NCBI GenBank assembly: GCA_963663025.1
Contig: OY760073.1
Location: forward strand, 1,833,354-1,897,353
DNA length: 64,000 bases
Reading direction: 5' to 3'
From: Dehalococcoidia bacterium
Lineage (GTDB): Bacteria; Chloroflexota; Dehalococcoidia; Lucifugimonadales; JAGWBF01
Position numbers and translations under genes: made by a program. Below are positions 48,713 through 58,031 of this stretch, piece after piece. Numbering within the stretch: position 1 is the stretch's first letter; each line of letters starts with the position of its first letter. Under the pieces are notes generated by a model. That model worked only from the letters and a program-made list of their open reading frames with translations, was not told where the DNA came from and ran no database searches.

Positions 48713-48759
48713 TGGGCACAAAAATCCCCCTCCCTTGATGGGAGGGGATTAAGGGGAGG

Positions 48760-48900
48760 GTGATACGCTCTCCTGAGGCAGCCTCCCCATGTTGTCCCCC
48801 CTCACCCCAACCCTCTCCACCAGGGGAGAGGGGGGTAAAATGTCCGCTCAATGACGCGGAAGCCGGTTCGTCCTGAGGGAAATCGAAGGACGATCCGGGG
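48760..48900. repeat. Type-D hairpin (CCCTCTCCACCAGGGGAGAGGG) plus a type-B-like hairpin
   Basis: The same element occurs near 6519-6542. Confidence 0.7.
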
Positions 48901-48917
48901 ATGGAGGAGGTCAGGGT

Positions 48918-50189
48918 TTAGCTGCTCGCTGGGGCTATCACGTCGAAGCCGGTGTAGCTACGGAGCGCCTTGGGGACGACCACCGTGCCATCGGCCTGCT
49001 GGTAGTTCTCCAGGATGGATATGACCACCCTGGGCAGGGCGAGGCCCGATCCGTTCAGCGAGTGGACGAAGGCCGGCCTTCCGCCTCCTTCGGGGCGATA
49101 GCGTATCCCTGAGCGGCGGGCCTGGAAGTCGGTGCAGTTGGAACAGGAGCTGACCTCCAGCCACTCCCTGCACCCGGGCGCCCACATCTCCAGGTCGTAG
49201 GACTTGGCCGACGCGAAGCCCAGCTCCCCTGCGCAGAGCTGCACCACCCGATAGGGCAGCTCCAGCTTCCGGCAAACAGCCTCGGCATCCTGCACCAGCT
49301 TCTGGAGCTCCTGCTCCGACTGTTCCGGCTCGACGAACTTGTACATCTCCACCTTGTCGAACTGGTGCACCCGCTTGATGCCCCGGGTGTCCCTGCCGGC
49401 GGCGGCCTTCTCCCGCCTGAAGCAGGGTGTGTAGGCGGTGTAGTACAGGGGCAGGTCGCCGGCGGCGAGTATCTCCTGGCGGTGCATGCTGGTGAGGGGC
49501 ACCTCGGCGGTGGGCACCAGCCACAGGTCGTCCTCTTCGTCATGGTAAAGGTTGTCGCCAAACTTGGGCAGGTTCCCCGACCCCTCCATGATCTCCCGCT
49601 TGACGATGGCCGGCAGGTACACCTCCCGGTAGTTGTGCTCGGTGGTGTGGAGGTCCAGCATCCAGCTTATGAGGGCCCGCTCCAGCTTGGCCCCCATGCC
49701 GGTTAGGATGAAGAACCGGGAGCCGGCCATGCGTGTGCCCCGCTGGAAATCGATGATGCCCAGGGACTCGCCCAGATCCCAGTGGGGCTGGGGGGTGAAG
49801 TCGAAGGTCCTGGGTTCTCCCCACTCCCGGACCAGGACGTTGTCCTCCTCGCCCAAGCCGGTTGGAACATCATCCTCAGGCAGGTTGGGGAGCTCGAGAA
49901 GGACGGAGTTGACCTCTTCCTCCAGTGTGCGAAGATCGCCCTCCATAGCCTTGATACGGTCCCCCACCTCCCGCATCTCGTTCACCAGCTCCTGGGGACG
50001 TTCCTTCATGCGGGACATCGCTTGGCTGGCCTCGTTGCGCCGGGCCCTCAGCGCCTCGATCTCCTGGATGAGGCTGCGCCTCTTTTCGTCCAGCTCCAGA
50101 ACCTGGTCGATGGGGAACTCCTCCCCTCGCTTTGCAAGGGCATCCCGCACCTTGTCCGTCTGTCTACGTATTGTGTCGATAGAAAGCAT
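48918..50189 (-). CDS. serS: Serine--tRNA ligase
   Basis: N-terminal coiled-coil arm (MLSIDTIRRQTDKVRDALAKRG...) and class II core motifs. Confidence 0.95.
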   Translation of the reverse strand: MLSIDTIRRQTDKVRDALAKRGEEFPIDQVLELDEKRRSLIQEIEALRARRNEASQAMSRMKERPQELVNEMREVGDRIKAMEGDLRTLEEEVNSVLLELPNLPEDDVPTGLGEEDNVLVREWGEPRTFDFTPQPHWDLGESLGIIDFQRGTRMAGSRFFILTGMGAKLERALISWMLDLHTTEHNYREVYLPAIVKREIMEGSGNLPKFGDNLYHDEEDDLWLVPTAEVPLTSMHRQEILAAGDLPLYYTAYTPCFRREKAAAGRDTRGIKRVHQFDKVEMYKFVEPEQSEQELQKLVQDAEAVCRKLELPYRVVQLCAGELGFASAKSYDLEMWAPGCREWLEVSSCSNCTDFQARRSGIRYRPEGGGRPAFVHSLNGSGLALPRVVISILENYQQADGTVVVPKALRSYTGFDVIAPASS

Positions 50190-50196
50190 ATTGGGG

Positions 50197-51684
50197 CTAC
50201 TTCAGAGAGCGCATCTGGGGAAACAACAGCACATCTCTAATGGATGTCTGCCCTGTCAGGAGCATTACCAGCCGGTCGATGCCCACTCCCAGGCCTCCGG
50301 TGGGCGGCATCCCCAGCTCCAGGGATGCCAGGAAGTCCTCGTCCAGCCTTTCCACCTCGTCATCCTGGTACAACCTGCGCATCTCTTCCTGGCCCAGCAG
50401 GCGCTCACGCTGCAGGTCCGGATCGTTCAGCTCGGTGTAGGCGTTGGCGAACTCCATGCCCACAGCATAGGCTTCGAACCTTTCGGCATAGCCGGGCATA
50501 TCCGCCTTCGGCTTGGCCAGGGGGGACATCTCGTCGGGGTAGTCCACGATGAACGTGGGCTGAATGAGGTGAGGCTCCACCAGCAGGGACAGCAGCTTGT
50601 CCACCAGGCGACCCCAGCTTCCCTCGGCACGGACCTCCAGGCCCAGCTGCCGGGCCCGGGCTTCCAGGGAGGGTGCGGTGTTGTACTCCTCGATGTCTAT
50701 GTTCCCCCTCTTCAGGATCTCATCCTTGAGGGAGACCCGCTTCCAAGGAGGGGTCAGGTCTATTGTTTCTTCGCCGTACTGCACCTGGCAGCTACCCAGG
50801 GTTTCGGTGGCTGCCGTGGAGACCATCTCCTCGACCATCTGCATCACATCGTTGTAGTCGGCGTAGGCCTCGTAGCTTTCCAGGGTGGTGAACTCGGGGT
50901 TGTGGTCTTGGTCCATGCCCTCGTTCCTGAACACCTTGCCCAGCTCGTACACCTTGTCGAACCCGCCCACGATGAGCCTCTTGAGGTAAAGCTCTGTGGC
51001 TATACGCAGATAGAGCTGCTCATCCAGGGTGTGGTGGTGGGTAACGAAAGGTTTGGCAAAGGCGCCGGCCGCAATGGGTACCAGGACGGGGGTGTCCACC
51101 TCGACGAACCCCCGGCGGTTCAGGAAGCTGCGTATGCTGTTGATTATCCGGCTGCGCTGGACGAAGACCTGGGCCACCTCAGGGTTGGAGATAAGGTCGG
51201 CGTAGCGCTGGCGGTACCTCTGTTCGACATCGCGCAGGCCGTGCCACTTTTCGGGGAGGGGGTGCATCGACTTGGAAAGGATGGTCAGCTGGTCCACCTC
51301 GATGGTGGCCTCTCCTGTGCGGGTGCGGAAGACGGGACCGTGCACACCCAGGAAGTCCCCCAGGTCCAGGTCCCTCACCAGTTCGTAGTCGTCCCCCAAG
51401 ACATCGCGTCGCAGGTGAAGCTGGATCTTTCCCGTCCCGTCTCGCAGGTCGAGGAAGGCGGCCTTCCCCATGATACGGGATGTGATCACGCGTCCGGCGA
51501 CGGACACGGCAGAGGTGCGGGCGCCTTCCCCGGCCGAACCCTCCAGGTCGAGCAGAAGCTCCGACGCCAAGCGGGTGGTGTGGGTGCGGGGGAACCGGGT
51601 TGGGTAGGGGTCTAAGCCTTTTTCGCGGATGCGTTGCAGCTTATCGCGCCGGCTACGAATAAGCTCATCTTCTCTATCAGGCAT
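50197..51684 (-). CDS. lysS: Lysine--tRNA ligase, class II
   Basis: OB-fold anticodon-binding region (GRVITSRIMGKAAFLDLRDGTGKIQL) and class II catalytic core. The stop lies 8 nt upstream of serS. Confidence 0.95.
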   Translation of the reverse strand: MPDREDELIRSRRDKLQRIREKGLDPYPTRFPRTHTTRLASELLLDLEGSAGEGARTSAVSVAGRVITSRIMGKAAFLDLRDGTGKIQLHLRRDVLGDDYELVRDLDLGDFLGVHGPVFRTRTGEATIEVDQLTILSKSMHPLPEKWHGLRDVEQRYRQRYADLISNPEVAQVFVQRSRIINSIRSFLNRRGFVEVDTPVLVPIAAGAFAKPFVTHHHTLDEQLYLRIATELYLKRLIVGGFDKVYELGKVFRNEGMDQDHNPEFTTLESYEAYADYNDVMQMVEEMVSTAATETLGSCQVQYGEETIDLTPPWKRVSLKDEILKRGNIDIEEYNTAPSLEARARQLGLEVRAEGSWGRLVDKLLSLLVEPHLIQPTFIVDYPDEMSPLAKPKADMPGYAERFEAYAVGMEFANAYTELNDPDLQRERLLGQEEMRRLYQDDEVERLDEDFLASLELGMPPTGGLGVGIDRLVMLLTGQTSIRDVLLFPQMRSLK

Positions 51685-51702
51685 AGGTCGGATTCTGGCC
51701 GG

Positions 51703-52170
51703 CTAGGCTATCTCAACTACCTCGAGCTTGATCTTCCCAGCCGGGATGTTCACCTCGGCTATATCCCCCACCTTCTTGCCAAGAAGGGCCTTCCCGATGG
51801 GGGAGACGTTGGATATCTTCCCTTTGGAAGGATCAGCCTCGGTGCTCCCGATGATGCTGTACTGATCCTTCTTGCCTTTCTGGTTGAGGACGGTAACCCT
51901 GGAGCCAATCTGCACCACATCCTTGGGCCCGCCATCCTCGGAGATAAGTACGGCGTTGTTGATCAGGTTCTCCAGGGTGCGTACCCGGCCCTCAATGAAG
52001 GCCTGCTCGTTCTTGGCTTCATCGTACTCCGCGTTATCAACCGTCCCGCCGATCTCCTTGGCCTTCTGAATGCGCAGCGCAACCCCCGGGCGTCGCTGGG
52101 TCAACAAGCTGTCCAGTTCATTCTTAAGCTTGGAAAGGCCTTCGGCTGTGAGATAAGTTGGTTGGGCCAT
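51703..52170 (-). CDS. greA: Transcription elongation factor GreA
   Basis: LTAEGLSKLKNELDSL...NAEYDEAKNEQAFIEGRVRTLE and a C-terminal FKBP-like domain. GAGGTG SD. Confidence 0.95.
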   Translation of the reverse strand: MAQPTYLTAEGLSKLKNELDSLLTQRRPGVALRIQKAKEIGGTVDNAEYDEAKNEQAFIEGRVRTLENLINNAVLISEDGGPKDVVQIGSRVTVLNQKGKKDQYSIIGSTEADPSKGKISNVSPIGKALLGKKVGDIAEVNIPAGKIKLEVVEIA

Positions 52171-52250
52171 GGCACACCTCTATAGGACAAGAACCGCATT
52201 GAAGGCAAAGGGACCGGCCCCCTGGGAGGGGCCGAAGCTCGATTGCCTAG

Positions 52251-52279
52251 ATTCTAATTCAAAGGATTCCGCTTGTAAA
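52251..52279 (-). promoter_or_regulatory. Candidate greA promoter (TTTACA-17-TAGAAT)
   Basis: On the minus strand, -35 is at 52279-52274 and -10 at 52256-52251. Confidence 0.4.
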
Positions 52280-52400
52280 GCAAAGAGCATGGGGCGGACA
52301 CCTTGCCGCATTCTTTATGAAAAGTCTTGAAAATTAGTCAAAAGAAGCAACCAATTTGCTATTATGCTTGACGAAACGTTATGTATAATTCCGCGTACCA

Positions 52401-52958
52401 ATGATACGTGTGGTAGGTGGTGTTGCGAAGGGGAGGAAGTTAAAGGGCGCCAGGGTCGAAGGGGTCCGGTTGACGTCTGAGCGGGTGCGGGGAGCCATCT
52501 TCAATATCCTTGGTTCTCTTGATCTCGAGCCGGTGCGAGTACTCGATCTGTATGCCGGCTCCGGGTCCCTGGGCATCGAAGCGCTGAGTCGGGGGGCAGT
52601 TTGGGCAGACTTCGTAGAGCGCCATCCCAAGCAGTGCGCGACCATCAGGGCAAACCTGGCTGAAACCAACCTTGCCGACCATGCCCAAGTGCACTGCAAC
52701 GATGTGGAAAGGGCCATTGTCCAGCTACCCGGGAAGTACGACTTGGTGATGATGGACCCGCCTTACAAGCTGGATGGACTGGATGTGATTGTCGAAAATG
52801 TGTCCAATTCGGGAATATTCAACGAGGGCGCCACACTGGTGGTGGGTCATTCCAAGCACCGCCCCTTGGGGTCTGAGTACAGCAAACTGGTCAGCCAGGG
52901 AAGCTACCGCTACGGCGACAGCTTGGTGGAATGCTACAGGTGGACGGCGGAGCCGTGA
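52401..52958 (+). CDS. rsmD: 16S rRNA (guanine966-N2)-methyltransferase RsmD
   Basis: RPTSERVR-like LTSERVRGAIFNIL, LDLYAGSGSLGIEALSRGA and MDPPY motifs. TATAAT at 52384-52389 lies only 11 nt before the ATG and no SD is present, so the mRNA is possibly near-leaderless. Confidence 0.9.
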   Translation: MIRVVGGVAKGRKLKGARVEGVRLTSERVRGAIFNILGSLDLEPVRVLDLYAGSGSLGIEALSRGAVWADFVERHPKQCATIRANLAETNLADHAQVHCNDVERAIVQLPGKYDLVMMDPPYKLDGLDVIVENVSNSGIFNEGATLVVGHSKHRPLGSEYSKLVSQGSYRYGDSLVECYRWTAEP

Positions 52959-53446
52959 CGATAGCTCTCTATCCCGGGACATTCGATCCCGTAACCTGGG
53001 GCCACGTGGACATCGCAACCCGGTCCTCTCGCATCTTCGAGCGACTGGTGGTTGCCGTGTACGACACTCCCTCCAAGAACCTTCTCTTCTCCACCCAGGA
53101 GCGGGTGGCCCTGTTCCGGGACTCTGTGAGGGACCTGCCCAACGTAGAAGTAACGGAATTCAGCGGGCTGGTGGTAGCCCGGGCCAAAAGTTTGGGTGCT
53201 CAAGTGATTGTAAGGGGGTTGCGCAGCGGGTCGGACTTCGATTACGAGTTTGAGATGGCCTTCATGAACAAGAACCTGGCTCCCGATGTTGAGCTGGTCT
53301 GCCTGATGGCTAGTCTGCCATATCAATACGTTAGTTCCAGCCTGCTTAAAGAAGTTATCGCCCTGGGTGGCGATGTGGATTCCCTGGTGCCCCACCATGC
53401 GGTGGAAGCTATCAAGGAAAAGATGGCCCTGGAAGTTCAAAGCTAG
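52955..53446 (+). CDS. coaD: Phosphopantetheine adenylyltransferase
   Basis: YPGTFDPVTWGHVDI (T/HxGH) motif. The GTG start overlaps the rsmD stop (GTGA). The longest ORF form starts at 52931. Confidence 0.9.
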   Translation: MTIALYPGTFDPVTWGHVDIATRSSRIFERLVVAVYDTPSKNLLFSTQERVALFRDSVRDLPNVEVTEFSGLVVARAKSLGAQVIVRGLRSGSDFDYEFEMAFMNKNLAPDVELVCLMASLPYQYVSSSLLKEVIALGGDVDSLVPHHAVEAIKEKMALEVQS

Positions 53447-53466
53447 AGAGAGGGGAGCAGTATTCG

Positions 53467-53952
53467 ATGGATATCATCAACGTTATAGACAAGTTGGAAG
53501 CCCTGGTTGACACCAGCCGGCGGGTGCCCACCACCCGGGCAAGGTTGGTAGATGCCGACAAGGTCATGGAACTCGTGGAACAGCTGCGCTTGGTAGTCCC
53601 CCAGGACATTCGGTCAGCCCAAGAGGTTATCGAAAAGAAGGACAACATCCTCAACCAAGCCCAGATCGACGCCCGCCGCACCCGCAATGAGGCCGAAGAA
53701 GAGTACAGCGCCCGGGTGGACCAGAACGAGATCGTCCTGGCAGCCCGCAAGATCTCCGAGCAGACCGTGTCCGAAGCAGAGCGCAAGGCCAGCCGCATGA
53801 CCGAGCAGGCAGAGCTGGAAGCCAGGACCTCCCGGTCCGACGCCGATGCCTACGTGGCTCAGACCCTGCGGAACCTGGAAAACGAACTGACACGGGTACT
53901 CTCGAGCGTCCGCAAGGGGCTGGAGAGCCTGGGAGCCACCGTCCACGTTTAG
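53467..53952 (+). CDS. Coiled-coil protein of unknown function, resembling ATPase subunit H/b or DivIVA
   Basis: Long charged heptad-like sequence with no catalytic motif. It is packed tightly after coaD. Confidence 0.55.
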   Translation: MDIINVIDKLEALVDTSRRVPTTRARLVDADKVMELVEQLRLVVPQDIRSAQEVIEKKDNILNQAQIDARRTRNEAEEEYSARVDQNEIVLAARKISEQTVSEAERKASRMTEQAELEARTSRSDADAYVAQTLRNLENELTRVLSSVRKGLESLGATVHV

Positions 53953-54066
53953 GGGTCCCGGCTATCGGCCGGTAGTCCAACGGGCACGGGGTTAGTGCGC
54001 TGGGTGCTTCCACCCACCCTGCCTGGAAGAGGCGAGGCAGGGTGGAGACTAGGAGCTTGGAGGCGC

Positions 54067-55134
54067 TTAGGTAAAGGCCGGGATGACTTCCCTGCCGAAG
54101 AGTTCGAGGGACTTGTGCGAGGTTGCGGTCGGCATAGGCCCGAACCTGTGGTTGGCACAGAAGATATCGTAGCCGATATTCTCGTACTGGGCTTTCAGCT
54201 GTCGAATGACCGTCTCGGGGCTTCCCACCAGCGCTAGGCCGTTCTCGATCCAAAAATCATAGGAACTGTTCATCCCCTGGAACACTCGATCGATCTCCCT
54301 GTTGGACGGCGAGTCCTCGTGGCCCTTGAAACCTACGTTCGTCTTAGAAAGGCCCTCCCTGGTCATACGCCGTCCCTGCATCAGAGGCTCTTCCGCCTCT
54401 GCCCTTGCAATCTCGTCGGTCTCGGCCACATGCACGTTCCGCATTAGGAACGTCCTGGGCATCGGCCCATCGTGCTCACACTCCCGCCACTTCTCCCGGT
54501 AGTAGTCGAACTTCTCCGCAATCACCGAGTCCACGTCGATGTTCTGGGAAATGTGGTAGTTGTTCTTGGCGGCGTACTCCAGCGAAGTGGCGCTGTGGGC
54601 GCCCACCCAGATGGGCGGAAAGGGCTTCTGGAAGGGCTTGGGAACCGGTAGGGCCTCTTCGTACTTGAAGTACTTGCCCTCGTAGGACACGTACTCCTCG
54701 GTCCACGCCTTCTTGATTATCTCCAAGGCCTCTCCGGACATCTCCCGGCGTTCGTAAAAGGGCAGGTTCCACCGGATAAACTCATGCTCATGGACTCCGA
54801 GCCCGGTACCGAACTCCAGCCTGCCCCGGGAGAGGTGGTCCAGCATAGCCGCTTCCTCGGCCAGCCTCATCGGGTTGTGGAAGGGCAGCTGGTAGATCAT
54901 TACCCCCAACCGCATCTTGGTGGTGGCCCGGGCTACGGCACACAGGAACACGCTGGGCGAGCTGATCTGGCCCACGTGGGAGTTCTGGTGCTCGATGGTG
55001 AAGTAATAGTTGTAGCCGAGCTCTTCACCCAACTGCACTTCTTGGATGTGCTCATCGTAGATGTCGGCCGCTTCACCTTTGGCCATCTCGAATGCCTGGA
55101 AGCTGTCCCATATACCGAACTCTAGCTGCGACAT
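54067..55134 (-). CDS. LLM-class (luciferase-like) flavin/F420-dependent oxidoreductase
   Basis: LGYNYYFTIEHQNS...RLGVMIYQLPFHNPMRLAEEAAMLDHLSRGRLEFGTGLG. Confidence 0.85.
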   Translation of the reverse strand: MSQLEFGIWDSFQAFEMAKGEAADIYDEHIQEVQLGEELGYNYYFTIEHQNSHVGQISSPSVFLCAVARATTKMRLGVMIYQLPFHNPMRLAEEAAMLDHLSRGRLEFGTGLGVHEHEFIRWNLPFYERREMSGEALEIIKKAWTEEYVSYEGKYFKYEEALPVPKPFQKPFPPIWVGAHSATSLEYAAKNNYHISQNIDVDSVIAEKFDYYREKWRECEHDGPMPRTFLMRNVHVAETDEIARAEAEEPLMQGRRMTREGLSKTNVGFKGHEDSPSNREIDRVFQGMNSSYDFWIENGLALVGSPETVIRQLKAQYENIGYDIFCANHRFGPMPTATSHKSLELFGREVIPAFT

Positions 55135-55218
55135 GGTTATCCTTTCGGTGGGTGTGAAATGCCCTCTCCGGGAAGGTAGGACGTGAATCCGAGGCTCTCG
55201 TTTGGGAGCCTTCCGGGC

Positions 55219-55680
55219 TTATACTGCGGCTTCCTCCAGCACAAGGGGCTTGTTCGTGCGCTCCGGGGAGCGCATGATGGCAAGCCCTTCTTCCGCCGTT
55301 TCGGTGGTGTTGCAGAAATACTCGATGCGGATCCCATCGGGGTCCGTAAAGTAGATGCTGGAGGTCATACCATGGTCAGTCAGACCCTCGATGGGAACGT
55401 TGCACTCGTTGAGCCTGCGGTATGTCTCCTTGAGGACATCAAAGTCGGGCACCTGGACCGCCACATGGTTCAGGCCGATCTGGCCCCTGCTTACGGGCGC
55501 TGCGTCTTCGGGGGCTTGGAACAGGGCGAGGTCGTGGTGTATCTTCCCGCAGGTAAGGAAGGTACCGATGTCCCGCTTGGACGAGACCTCGAACCCCAGC
55601 ACTTCGGTATAGAACTTGGTGGACTCCTCCACGTTGCTGACATTCAGGACGACATGCCCTACACGCTTCGGTTTGACCAT
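55219..55680 (-). CDS. VOC-family protein (glyoxalase/extradiol dioxygenase fold)
   Basis: VGHVVLNVSNVEESTKFYTEVLGF...LNHVAVQV...YFTDPDGIRIEY. GGGAGGA SD. Confidence 0.85.
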   Translation of the reverse strand: MVKPKRVGHVVLNVSNVEESTKFYTEVLGFEVSSKRDIGTFLTCGKIHHDLALFQAPEDAAPVSRGQIGLNHVAVQVPDFDVLKETYRRLNECNVPIEGLTDHGMTSSIYFTDPDGIRIEYFCNTTETAEEGLAIMRSPERTNKPLVLEEAAV

Positions 55681-55823
55681 GTTTTCCTCCCTTTAAAGGC
55701 AGGCTTGAACAAGGCAATTGACCCTGCCTGATTGCCTAAGAATATAGCCAGCGCCTGGGAAAAAGCAATCCCCGCCCTGGGTCAGGAGAGGAGTCGAGAG
55801 GGGCTGGGCGTCGAGAGAGCGGG

Positions 55824-56948
55824 TCAGCTCAAGGCGTCTTTGATCTTGCTGAAAATGCCCCTGTCCCTGATGGCCGGATCGTTGGGTTTTTCCAGGGTCT
55901 CGGATAGCTCCTCGAGGAGCTTTTTCTGCCGGGAGTCCAGGGAAGATGGGACCTGTATCTGCACGGGAACGACGATATCGCCGCGACGGTGCTCGTTCAC
56001 CTGGTGAACGCCCTGGCCCTTGATCTGGAAGACGGCGCCAGGCTGGGTGCCGGGGGGAATCTTCAGAGTCTCGGTGCCGTTGAGGGTGGGAATCTGGACC
56101 TCATCCCCCAGGGTCGCCTGGACGATGTTCAGCGGGAGCTCATAGATGAGGTTCCTGCCATCCCTGGTGAATATCTCGTGGTCATTCACCGCCAGGTGGA
56201 TATACAGATTACCCGCCGACCCTCCGTTGAATCCCGCATTGCCTTCGCCGCTCAGGCGAATCTGGTTTCCGTCATCCACCCCAGGGGGTATCTTCACCGA
56301 TATCTTGCGGTTCCGTCTCTCGGTCCCTCCGCCGTTGCACTGGGTGCACGGGGAATCTATGGTGGAGCCCCTGCCCCTGCAGGAAGGGCACGTGGTCACC
56401 TGGGAGAACTGGCCGAACATGCTGCGCTGGGAGCGTCGCACCTGTCCCGCGCCTCGGCAGGTGGTGCAAGACGAGGTGCCGGTGCCGGGCTCGCTGCAGG
56501 CGCCCTGGCAGCGCTGGCAACGCTCCACCCTGGCCACCTCCACCTCCCGCTCGGTCCCGAAGACAGCATCTTCGAAGTCCACCGTGAGGCGTACCTGGAG
56601 ATCGTCCCCACGCTGGGCGGTTCGCTGGCGACCCCGGCCTGTGATATCCCCGAAGAAGGAGTCGAAGATATCGCCGAAGCCGCCGAAGATATCGTAGCCG
56701 GCGAAGTCTTGGGACTGGCCTCCGCTCACGCCGGCGTGCCCGAATCGGTCATACTGGGCCCGCTTCTGGGGGTCGATCAGTACCTGGTAGGCTTCGTTGA
56801 CTTCTTTGAACTTACCCTCGGCATCGGGACTCTTATTCCTGTCGGGGTGATACTCCAGGGCTTTCTTGCGGAAGGCTTTTCGCACCACCTCTTCGGTGGC
56901 TCCCTTTGGCACACCCAGCACCTCGTAGTAGTCCCGCTTCGTCGTCAT
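55824..56948 (-). CDS. dnaJ: Molecular chaperone DnaJ
   Basis: J domain with HPD (YHPDRNK), a G/F region and four CxxCxGxG zinc-finger repeats. Confidence 0.95.
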   Translation of the reverse strand: MTTKRDYYEVLGVPKGATEEVVRKAFRKKALEYHPDRNKSPDAEGKFKEVNEAYQVLIDPQKRAQYDRFGHAGVSGGQSQDFAGYDIFGGFGDIFDSFFGDITGRGRQRTAQRGDDLQVRLTVDFEDAVFGTEREVEVARVERCQRCQGACSEPGTGTSSCTTCRGAGQVRRSQRSMFGQFSQVTTCPSCRGRGSTIDSPCTQCNGGGTERRNRKISVKIPPGVDDGNQIRLSGEGNAGFNGGSAGNLYIHLAVNDHEIFTRDGRNLIYELPLNIVQATLGDEVQIPTLNGTETLKIPPGTQPGAVFQIKGQGVHQVNEHRRGDIVVPVQIQVPSSLDSRQKKLLEELSETLEKPNDPAIRDRGIFSKIKDALS

Positions 56949-56983
56949 CAGTCAGTGTTTCAGAACCTTGCATTCAACTAGCT

Positions 56984-57013
56984 ATTATATCACCAAAGAT
57001 AACCCAACCGTAA
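56984..57013 (-). promoter_or_regulatory. Candidate dnaJ promoter with an extended -10 (TTACGG-18-TGATATAAT)
   Basis: On the minus strand, TATAAT is at 56989-56984 preceded by TGA, and -35 is at 57013-57008. Confidence 0.4.
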
Positions 57014-57218
57014 TTCCGCCTACCTGGATCGGCAGGGTTGAGGACATTTTCGTCTCCCGACTAAATCCCTGGGACTGGGCCTCAACAAGTTGCCTGGAGG
57101 CGGGGCTGGTCTTGTCGTATCAGACCCTGTGGTGTAAATAACAGGGTGCAGCATAGCCCTTGCCCAACGACAGGCCTGGGCTGAAACATAAACGTTTGGA
57201 CACACAAAGGAGAATGAC

Positions 57219-57965
57219 ATGAAGATTCTGGTTACAGGCATGAGCGGCCGGATCGGCTCGGCGGTGCGCCGAAGAATGGAGGGGAACCACGAGATGTATG
57301 CCCTTAACCGCCGGGATGTTCCAGGGGTACCCACCACCAGGGCGGACATCGCCGACCTGGATGCAATCAGGCCCGCCTTCACGGGGATGGATGCCGTCGT
57401 GCACATGGCTGCGGGGTTCGATCGGGAAGGCAACGACCGGATGTTCCTCTCCAACCTGACCGGCTCCTACAACATCTTCGAAGCCTCCCGGGAAGCGGGC
57501 GTAAAGCGAGTCATATACGCCAGTTCGGGCAGGGTCATCTCCAACTACGAAAGGGACGAGCCGTATAAGGCCATCGTCGAAGGCAGGTACGACGAGGTGC
57601 CTGCCAACTTCCCCATCATAGACAACCGCGCTCCAGTGCGCCCGGAGAGCCTGTATGGGTGCACGAAGCTGTGGGGGGAGGCGCTGGCCCGCTACTACTC
57701 GGAGACCTTCGACATGTCATGCATCGTGATCAGGGTGGGGTACGTCAACGATGAGGACATGGCCAATTCCACCCGCCGCTTCTCCCACTGGTCCAGCCAG
57801 AGGGACATCGCCCAGCTTGTGGAGCGGTGCGTGGAAGCTCCCGACGACCTGCGCTTCGACATATTCTTCGGCACATCAGGGAACAAGTGGAACTACCGTG
57901 ACATAGAACACGCAAAGAGGGTCGTGGGGTACGCGCCGGAGGACAACGCGGAGGCCTTCCGGTAA
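57219..57965 (+). CDS. NAD(P)-dependent epimerase/dehydratase-family (extended SDR) oxidoreductase
   Basis: MKILVTGMSGRIGS Rossmann motif and YGCTK (YxxxK) motif. GGAGA SD. Confidence 0.85.
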   Translation: MKILVTGMSGRIGSAVRRRMEGNHEMYALNRRDVPGVPTTRADIADLDAIRPAFTGMDAVVHMAAGFDREGNDRMFLSNLTGSYNIFEASREAGVKRVIYASSGRVISNYERDEPYKAIVEGRYDEVPANFPIIDNRAPVRPESLYGCTKLWGEALARYYSETFDMSCIVIRVGYVNDEDMANSTRRFSHWSSQRDIAQLVERCVEAPDDLRFDIFFGTSGNKWNYRDIEHAKRVVGYAPEDNAEAFR

Positions 57966-57971
57966 ACGACA

Positions 57972-57997
57972 ATGGGTCCCCCGATTGGGGGACCCAT
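57972..57997. terminator. Perfect 11-bp stem-loop between convergent genes
   Basis: ATGGGTCCCCC-GATT-GGGGGACCCAT. It is followed by TGTCGTTT on the minus strand. Confidence 0.55.
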
Positions 57998-58031
57998 TGC
58001 TACACCGTTACGCAGTCGGGAGTGGTGGCTG

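Noticed and set aside
49633-51615. A 660-aa plus-strand ORF across serS and lysS
   Set aside because: It is antisense to two clearly recognisable aminoacyl-tRNA synthetase genes and has a low-complexity translation.
52361-52389. A full sigma-70 promoter call for rsmD
   Set aside because: A perfect TATAAT exists at 52384-52389, but no acceptable -35 or correctly spaced TG extension was found. It is mentioned only in the rsmD evidence.
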